From Acidimicrobiaceae bacterium (GTDB taxonomy: Bacteria; Actinomycetota; Acidimicrobiia; Acidimicrobiales; RAAP-2), in the NCBI GenBank assembly GCA_003158855.1, contig PMLJ01000012.1, positions 1,516 to 65,515 of the forward strand: 64,000 nt of DNA, in the 5' to 3' direction. Positions 57,692-64,000 of this stretch are shown here, piece after piece. The position numbers and the translations under genes are program-made. Position 1 is the stretch's first letter; each line of letters begins with the position of its first letter. The notes below the pieces were generated by a model. The model searched no databases. It saw only the letters and a program-made list of their open reading frames with translations, and was not told where the DNA came from.

Positions 57692-60193
57692 ATGAGTTCC
57701 ATTTCCAACCCTTATCGCTTGAACCGCAACGTCCTCCCGTCCGCCTACCGCATCTTCTTGACCCCCGACCTCGACGCCGCCACCTTCGCCGGACGGGTCG
57801 AAATCGACGTAGCCATCAGCGAATCCGCGTCGTCGTTCACCCTGCACGCCATTGAACTGGCGCTCGGCGCCGCCACCGTCAGCGTCGGCGGCACGACGCT
57901 TCGCTCGAGCGAGCCGACCTTCGACGAGACCTACGAAACGGCCACCTTCTCCTTCCATGATCCGCTGCCCGCCGGCGCCGCCACCGTCGAAATCGCCTTC
58001 ACCGGCATCTTGAACGACCAGCTGCACGGCTTCTACCGCTCGACCTTCGTCGACTCCTCGGGGGCCACGCACACGATCGCCACCACCCAGTTCGAGCACT
58101 CCGACGCGCGACGCGCCTTTCCGTGCTGGGACGAACCCTCCTTCAAGGCCACGTATCAGGTGAATCTGACCGTGCCGAGCCACTTGGCCGCGTACTCGAA
58201 CTCGCCCGAGCTCTCCAACACCGATCTCGCCAACGGGCAACGCACCGTGAGCTACGCCCCCACCATGAAGATGTCGACCTACCTGGTGGCCTTCATCGTC
58301 GGGCCCTTCGAGGAGACCCCGGCGCTGGACGTCGACGGAACCCCGCTGCGGATCGTCTTTCCCGTGGGCAAGGCCCACCTGACCGACCTGGCCCTCGAAT
58401 CGGGCGCGTTCGCCCTTCGCTTCTTCTCCCAGTACTTCGACATCCCCTACCCCGGCGACAAGCTCGACATGATCGCGATTCCGGACTTCGCCTTTGGCGC
58501 CATGGAGAACCTGGGATGCGTCACGTACCGCGAGACCGCCCTGCTCGTCGATCCGGCGTCGGCGTCGCTCGCCGAGAAGGAGCGCGTCGCGACCGTGGTG
58601 GCGCACGAAATCGCCCACATGTGGTTCGGCGACCTCGTCACCATGGAATGGTGGGAGGGGATCTGGCTCAACGAGGCGTTCGCCACGTTCATGGAGGTGC
58701 TCTGCACCAACGCTCTTCGCCCGCAGTGGAAGATGTGGGTGGGCTTCGGAGTCGACCGTGACGCCGCACTCCAGATCGACGGTCTGCACTCGACGCGGCC
58801 AATCGAATACGAGGTCATCTCGCCCGACGACACCCGGGGTATGTTCGACGTCCTCACCTACGAAAAGGGCGGCTCGGTCCTTCGCATGCTCGAGCAGTAC
58901 CTTGGCGAGGAGACCTTCCGCGACGGCATCCGCCACTACCTGCGCAGGCACAGCTACGCCAACACCGTCACCACCGACCTCTGGGACGCGCTCGAAGAGA
59001 CGTCCGGCCAGCCCGTTCGAAGCCTCATGAACACTTGGATTCTCCAGGGCGGCCACCCTCTCGTGACGCTCGCGGACGGCGAACTCACCCAGCAGCCGTT
59101 CGCCTACGGCGAGCCCCGCGGCGCCAGCGCGATCGGCTCGTCGTGGCTCGTGCCCGTGCTCACCCGCTCCCTGAAGGGCGGCGCCACCAGCAAGCATCTC
59201 CTCGCCGACGAGCCCCTGAAGATCACCGACGAGCTCCCGGTCGTCCTGAACGCCGGGGGTTCGGGCGTGTTTCGTTCACGCTACGGCACGAACGAGCTCG
59301 CGGCGCTCGCCGGGCACATCGAGGAGCTCGAGGAGTTGGAGCGCGCCACCCTCGTCGCGGACAGCTGGGCGTCGCTCCTGGCGGGCCAGATCAAGTGGGA
59401 CGCCTTCCTCGCCATCGCGCGAGGACTCGGAAACCAGGACGAGCCGACCCCGTGGGGCACCGTCGCGACCGCCTTCGACTACGTGCACCGCGCCCTCGAA
59501 CCGGACCAGCGCGCGTTGCTCGCCGACGCGGTGCGCGACCTCTTCGGCCCGCAGTTCGCCCGCCTCGGTTGGGACGCCCGGCCCGGCGAAAGCGAGCTCA
59601 CTCCCCAGATGCGAGCCATCGTGCTCGGCGCGCTCGGCACCCTGGGGCGCGACGAGGCAATCCAGGCCGAAGCGGTGAGGAGATTCGAGGCGAACGACAT
59701 GGACGGCGACCTGGCGCGCGCGATCCTGCGCATCGTCGCGACCCAGAACCGGCCCGGCGACTACGACGTCTTCCTCGAGCGCTACCACCACGCGGCGAAC
59801 CCCCAGGAGGAGCAGCGCTACCAGTGGGGCCTGGCGGACTTCGCCGACGAGAAGGCCGCGCTCGACGCGGCGCAGAAGTGCTTCTCCGAGTTCCGCAACC
59901 AGGACGCCGCCATCGTGCTCGGCCTGCTCACCCGAAACGCCACGACCGGTCCCCTGGTGTGGAAGTACTTCACCGGCCGCTGGGACGAGGTGCTGGAGAA
60001 GTTCCCGTTGAACTCGCACTCGCGCCTGGCCCTCGGCCTTCCGACCTTCCTAGGTGACGAGGCATTCGCCGACGAGGTGGAGAAGTTCCACACCGAGCAT
60101 CCGCTCGGCGGCGAGCAGCGCACCGTCGAGCAGCAGATCGAGCGAATGCGCGTGGGCCTCACCTTCGCCGGTGCGATTCGCCCGCAGTTCTAG
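57692..60193 (+). CDS. pepN: M1-family aminopeptidase with ERAP1-like C-terminal domain
   Basis: GAMEN, HEIAHMW...WLNEAFA, YEKG motifs. Confidence 0.95.
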   Translation: MSSISNPYRLNRNVLPSAYRIFLTPDLDAATFAGRVEIDVAISESASSFTLHAIELALGAATVSVGGTTLRSSEPTFDETYETATFSFHDPLPAGAATVEIAFTGILNDQLHGFYRSTFVDSSGATHTIATTQFEHSDARRAFPCWDEPSFKATYQVNLTVPSHLAAYSNSPELSNTDLANGQRTVSYAPTMKMSTYLVAFIVGPFEETPALDVDGTPLRIVFPVGKAHLTDLALESGAFALRFFSQYFDIPYPGDKLDMIAIPDFAFGAMENLGCVTYRETALLVDPASASLAEKERVATVVAHEIAHMWFGDLVTMEWWEGIWLNEAFATFMEVLCTNALRPQWKMWVGFGVDRDAALQIDGLHSTRPIEYEVISPDDTRGMFDVLTYEKGGSVLRMLEQYLGEETFRDGIRHYLRRHSYANTVTTDLWDALEETSGQPVRSLMNTWILQGGHPLVTLADGELTQQPFAYGEPRGASAIGSSWLVPVLTRSLKGGATSKHLLADEPLKITDELPVVLNAGGSGVFRSRYGTNELAALAGHIEELEELERATLVADSWASLLAGQIKWDAFLAIARGLGNQDEPTPWGTVATAFDYVHRALEPDQRALLADAVRDLFGPQFARLGWDARPGESELTPQMRAIVLGALGTLGRDEAIQAEAVRRFEANDMDGDLARAILRIVATQNRPGDYDVFLERYHHAANPQEEQRYQWGLADFADEKAALDAAQKCFSEFRNQDAAIVLGLLTRNATTGPLVWKYFTGRWDEVLEKFPLNSHSRLALGLPTFLGDEAFADEVEKFHTEHPLGGEQRTVEQQIERMRVGLTFAGAIRPQF

Positions 60194-60202
60194 GTTGACG
60201 CA

Positions 60203-60796
60203 GTGAGCATCGGGGCGTTCCTCGGCATCTTCGCCCTCATGTTCTTGTTGGAGCTTCCCGACAAGACCATGATCGCGACGATCGTGATGAGCACGAAGGC
60301 CCGGCCGACTTCGATCGTGATCGGCGCGTCGGCGGGCTTCATTGTCCAGATGGCGCTCGCGGTCGCGGCGGGAAGCCTGCTCACGCTGCTTCCGGTGCAC
60401 ATCAAGGACTTCATCGTGGCGCTGCTCTTCCTCGCCGGGGCCGCGTATCTGTTCCTGTCGTCCGAGGAAGAGGCCGAGGAGGAAGGAGCCCACGAGGCTG
60501 AAGCCGAGCGGGCCGCCTCTCGTGCGCGCGAGATCGCCACGGCCTTCGCCGTGATCTTCGTCGGCGAGTTCGGCGACCTCACCCAGATCCAGGCCGCCAA
60601 CTTCTCCGCCAAGACCCACCAGCCGCTCGAGGTCTTTCTCGCCTCGTCGCTCGCGCTCGTCCTCGTCTCGTTCGTCGGCGCCTACGGCGGCCAGCTGCTG
60701 CAGCGCGTGGTGCCCCTGAAGAAGATCCGACTCGCCGGCGGGTTCATCTTCGCGGGCCTCGGCATCTACACGCTGGTGAAGCTGTTTGCCTCATGA
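60203..60796 (+). CDS. TMEM165/GDT1 (UPF0016) Mn2+/Ca2+ transporter
   Basis: ELPDKT and EFGDLTQ repeats, two TM bundles separated by an acidic loop. Confidence 0.9.
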   Translation: MSIGAFLGIFALMFLLELPDKTMIATIVMSTKARPTSIVIGASAGFIVQMALAVAAGSLLTLLPVHIKDFIVALLFLAGAAYLFLSSEEEAEEEGAHEAEAERAASRAREIATAFAVIFVGEFGDLTQIQAANFSAKTHQPLEVFLASSLALVLVSFVGAYGGQLLQRVVPLKKIRLAGGFIFAGLGIYTLVKLFAS

Positions 60797-61428
60797 GCCG
60801 GTCCGATGAGCTCCTGGCGTTCGCCGACACGGTGAAGGGCTTCATGCCCCGCGACGAGGGCCTCGCGTTGTACCGCGGCGCCCTCGAGCACGCCCGAGGC
60901 GGCGCGGGCGGAACCTGGCTGGAGGTCGGGGCGTGGTGCGGCAAGTCGGCCGTCTACCTCGGGGCGGCCGCCGAGCAGAACAACGCCGTGCTCTATTCGC
61001 TCGACCATCATCACGGCAGCGAGGAGAACCAGGAGGGTTGGGAGCACTTCGACCACACCCTCGTCGACCCCGTCGACGGACGGCTGAATACCCTCCCCAC
61101 GTGGCAGCGTACGATCGCCGACGCAGCCCTCGAATCGACGGTGATCGGACTCGTCGGGCCCTCGCTCGTGGTGGCGGCCCACTTCGCCCAGCCCCTCGAC
61201 ATCTTGTTCATCGACGGCGGCCACGGCGCCGAGGTCGCGTGGGCCGACTACGAGGCGTGGACGCCCAAGGTCGTCGTCGGAGGACTCCTGATGATCCACG
61301 ACGTGTTCGCGGACCCCGCCGACGGCGGGCGCCCGCCCTACGAGATCTACCTCGCGGCGCTGAAGAGTGGGACGTTCGTCGATCTGGCGAGCGAGGGCTC
61401 GCTGCGCGTGCTCACGCGCGTCAGCTAG
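60793..61428 (+). CDS. SAM-dependent sugar O-methyltransferase resembling mycobacterial MMP 1-O-methyltransferase MeT1
   Basis: GFMP.DEG, EVG..CGKS, DHHHGSEE.Q.GWE, LFIDGGH, HDVF.DP.DGG.PP are colinear with MeT1 as recalled. Confidence 0.8.
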   Translation: MSRSDELLAFADTVKGFMPRDEGLALYRGALEHARGGAGGTWLEVGAWCGKSAVYLGAAAEQNNAVLYSLDHHHGSEENQEGWEHFDHTLVDPVDGRLNTLPTWQRTIADAALESTVIGLVGPSLVVAAHFAQPLDILFIDGGHGAEVAWADYEAWTPKVVVGGLLMIHDVFADPADGGRPPYEIYLAALKSGTFVDLASEGSLRVLTRVS

Positions 61429-62507
61429 CTGGTCCGCGTAAGCGGGCAGCCCGGCTCGAATAGGTCGAGCGGCATGGGAAGCTCGCCGTGGCGAAAGAGC
61501 CCCGCCGCGGGCGACGAGGAGGTCAAGGCGTCGACCGCGAGGATGATCGCCGCCGAGGTGTAGGACGTGGTCTCACGGTCCGGGAACGTCACCACCCCGG
61601 GATAGGCGATGCCCGTCCAGTAGGCGCCGTCTTCGCGCCGGTGGCGTTGGGTGCAGCTGAAGAGGTCGAGCGCCACGTTGTTGAGCCCGAGCCCTTCGAG
61701 GGCGAGCACGCACTCCGCGGTCTCGGCGGCGGTGACCCAGTCGTTGGTCGACACGCAGCGCACCCCGTAACCATCCATGACGTGGCGCTCCCAACCGTCG
61801 CTGATGCGCTTCTCCCCCTCGGCGCCGGTGAGCGCTCCGGAGAAGATCGGGTAGTACCAATCCATGGCGAACTCGTTCTTCGGGGCGAACGCCCCCGGAT
61901 GGTGCGCCACGGCGTGGCCGAGACGGCCCGCGGCTAACTCCCACGACGCCCTCTGGTGGCCGAGTCGTTCCGCGAGCGCCACGGCGCAGCGCAGCGAATG
62001 AAAGATCGATGACGACCCCGTGAGCAGCGCGTAGGCCTCGGGCCGTCCCATCGAGTCGAGCGACCATCGAATCGTGCCGTCATCGAGCTGCCAGCGAAGG
62101 ACCCACTCCGTGGCGCTTTCGACGTACGCCCACATGCTCTGGGCGAAGTCGACGTCGCCGGTGGCGAGCAGGTAGTGGTAGATGCCCGTCGCGACATAGG
62201 CGCACACGTTGGTGTCGAGTCGGGTGTCCTTGACGCTGCCGCCCAGGTAGTAGTTGAACCAACTGCCGTCGCCGAGCTGGGTCGCGGCGAGCCATCGGTA
62301 CGCGGCGCGCGCCTCCTCCTGGTAACCGGTGATCGTGAGGGCCATCGCCGCTTCCACGTGGTTCCAGGGGTCGCAGTGGCCGCCCGGGAACCACGGAATC
62401 TGGCCGCTCGTGACCTGGAGCGACGCCAGGTGCGACGCCGTCAGGGCCACGTCGCTGGCGCTCAGAATTCCCGGCACCCCGGACAGGTGGTTCGTCGAGA
62501 GGCTCAT
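61425..62507 (-). CDS. (alpha/alpha)6-barrel protein (prenyltransferase-like annotation; probable MMP hydrolase MmpH homolog)
   Basis: GHCDPWNH.EAAMAL, QL.DGSW, ALLTGSSSI, FAMDWYYP, WVTAAETAEC motifs; cluster context. Confidence 0.65.
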   Translation of the reverse strand: MSLSTNHLSGVPGILSASDVALTASHLASLQVTSGQIPWFPGGHCDPWNHVEAAMALTITGYQEEARAAYRWLAATQLGDGSWFNYYLGGSVKDTRLDTNVCAYVATGIYHYLLATGDVDFAQSMWAYVESATEWVLRWQLDDGTIRWSLDSMGRPEAYALLTGSSSIFHSLRCAVALAERLGHQRASWELAAGRLGHAVAHHPGAFAPKNEFAMDWYYPIFSGALTGAEGEKRISDGWERHVMDGYGVRCVSTNDWVTAAETAECVLALEGLGLNNVALDLFSCTQRHRREDGAYWTGIAYPGVVTFPDRETTSYTSAAIILAVDALTSSSPAAGLFRHGELPMPLDLFEPGCPLTRTS

Positions 62508-63223
62508 CGCTCGGGCTTCGCCAGGTAGACGATGACCGACTTGCCGATCAGGGGCGCGAGGACCCGCTCCATGTAGCGCGTCGTTCTGGGCGCCTTCATG
62601 ATGTCCCACACCAGGAGGCGGTGGTAGTTCCTTACGAAGAAGTTCTTGTCGTTCTTCGTGCCGACGAGGCACTTCAACCACCAGTAGGGGCTGTGCAGGC
62701 CGTGCGCGTAGTGGTGGCCCGTCACGCGCACGCCCACCGAACCCAGCCGCGCCTCCAGCACGGAGCGGCGGTAGATGCGGATGTGCCCGCCCGGCACGTT
62801 GTGATACGCGTCCGACAGCGCCCAGTTGACCACCTCGGGCCCGAAACGCGGCACGGTGATGGCCATTGTCCCGCCGGGACGAAGCACCCTCGCCAACTCG
62901 CGCATCGCCGCCACGTCGTCGGGGATGTGTTCGAGGACCTCCGAACAGATCACCCGGTCGAAGGTGCCGTCGGGAAAGGGCAGATGCAGGGCGTCACCCT
63001 GCACGGCCGCCGTGTGCAGGCCCGGCGAGGTCAGCTCGCCCGCTTCGAGCATCGCGGCGAACGTCGCCGCCACGCCCTCGACCTCGTCGCGGCCCGCGTC
63101 GAGCGCCACCACGTTCGCCCCGCGCCGGGCGGCTTCGAACGCGTGGCGGCCGAAGCCGCAGCCCAAGTCGAGGATCTTGTCCCCGCTCGCGAGCCCCAGC
63201 AGGTCGTAGTCCGCCGTCAGCAT
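62504..63223 (-). CDS. Class I SAM-dependent methyltransferase (candidate mannose 3-O-methyltransferase)
   Basis: LDLGCGFGRH, GDALHLPF, SEVLEHI, GGHIRIY, HSPYWWLKC; TGATG overlap with the GT4. Confidence 0.85.
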   Translation of the reverse strand: MLTADYDLLGLASGDKILDLGCGFGRHAFEAARRGANVVALDAGRDEVEGVAATFAAMLEAGELTSPGLHTAAVQGDALHLPFPDGTFDRVICSEVLEHIPDDVAAMRELARVLRPGGTMAITVPRFGPEVVNWALSDAYHNVPGGHIRIYRRSVLEARLGSVGVRVTGHHYAHGLHSPYWWLKCLVGTKNDKNFFVRNYHRLLVWDIMKAPRTTRYMERVLAPLIGKSVIVYLAKPER

Positions 63224-64000
63224 CAGTCGAAGTCCACCGAGGCCGGAAGAGGTTCTCCGCTCAGGATGGCGTCGTAGCAAGCGGCCGTGCCGCGCGCCGT
63301 CACCTGCCAGGTGAAGCGTTCGATGACGCGCTCGCGGCCGTTGGCCCCGAGGCGGTCGGCCAGCTCGCGGTCGTCGAGCAGCAGACGGATGGCCTTCACG
63401 AGGGCATCGGGGTTGTTGGGCTCGACCAGCATGCCCGTCTCGCCGCTCGTTCCGACAACCTCGGGCAGCGCGCCACCGGTCGTCGCGACCACGGGCACGC
63501 CGCAGCTCATGGCCTCGATGGCGGGCAACGAGAAACCCTCGTAGAGGCTCGGGACGATGGCGACCTCGGCTTCGCCGTAGAGTCGGGCCAGCTCCTCGTC
63601 GGTCACGCCAGAGATCGTGGTCACGATGTCGTTGAGGCCGAGGCGTTCCATGGTCGAGGCCACGCGCCCCTTGGCCTTGGGCTTGCCGATCACCACGAGG
63701 TCGATGTCGCGCTCGACGCGCAGCTTGGCAATCGCCTCGAGCAGGGGCACCAGCCCCTTCATGGGAACGTCCGAGGAAGAAGTGACCATCAGGCGGCCCT
63801 TCTTCTTCACCACGTCGTCGTAGGGCTTGAAGACCGTGTGGTCGACCCCGACCGGCACGACCGTGAGGCGATCGAGGGGAACCTTCATCTGGGCGTTGAT
63901 GTCGATCCTCGAGTTGTTCGACACCGTCAGCACCGCCGGCAGCTGCTTCACCACCCGCACCTGCATCCGCAAGAAACCGAACCAGCGGCGGGTCGTGAAC
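63223..64000 (-). CDS. GT4 glycosyltransferase (ManT-like mannosyltransferase), 5'-truncated by the window edge
   Basis: RRWFGFLRMQ, SSSDVPMKG, YEGFSLPAIEA; the frame stays open to the window end. Confidence 0.85.
   Translation of the reverse strand, partial: FTTRRWFGFLRMQVRVVKQLPAVLTVSNNSRIDINAQMKVPLDRLTVVPVGVDHTVFKPYDDVVKKKGRLMVTSSSDVPMKGLVPLLEAIAKLRVERDIDLVVIGKPKAKGRVASTMERLGLNDIVTTISGVTDEELARLYGEAEVAIVPSLYEGFSLPAIEAMSCGVPVVATTGGALPEVVGTSGETGMLVEPNNPDALVKAIRLLLDDRELADRLGANGRERVIERFTWQVTARGTAACYDAILSGEPLPASVDFD

Noticed and set aside
61425-62507. Squalene-hopene cyclase or prenyltransferase for terpene synthesis
   Set aside because: Too short, no DxDD cyclase motif, and the neighbours indicate sugar-polymer metabolism.

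Overview
High-GC actinobacterial chromosomal segment, most likely class Acidimicrobiia (inferred from gene order and protein style, not from a search). It is densely coding with about 60 genes, no integrase, transposase or CRISPR array, and two tRNAs (Leu-TAA, Gln-TTG). The backbone is conserved housekeeping synteny: rsmI-metG-tatD-[rpfB slot]-rsmA-ispE, tRNA-Gln-glmU-prs-rplY-pth-mfd-PPIase-mazG-eno-ftsB-DUF501-ppx, and cofD-cofE/manC ... GT2-DUF5719 ... manB-Trm112. The most notable items are: (1) a two-component system followed by a five-gene redox operon (Thr-rich Cys-loop small protein, ApbE flavin transferase with no signal peptide, di-heme cytochrome b, stand-alone NuoF-like flavoprotein, 3Fe-4S ferredoxin); (2) an archaeal-type riboflavin synthase; (3) a four-gene cluster matching the mycobacterial methylmannose polysaccharide (MMP) locus; (4) a GlmU with no acetyltransferase active site; (5) a PASTA x3-RlpA protein in the slot where rpfB normally sits; (6) a surface-glycan locus with a probably inactive GT4; (7) the tiny ribosomal proteins bS22 and bL37, which the ORF track misses. 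All family assignments come from motifs read by eye and recalled sequences. No database search was run.
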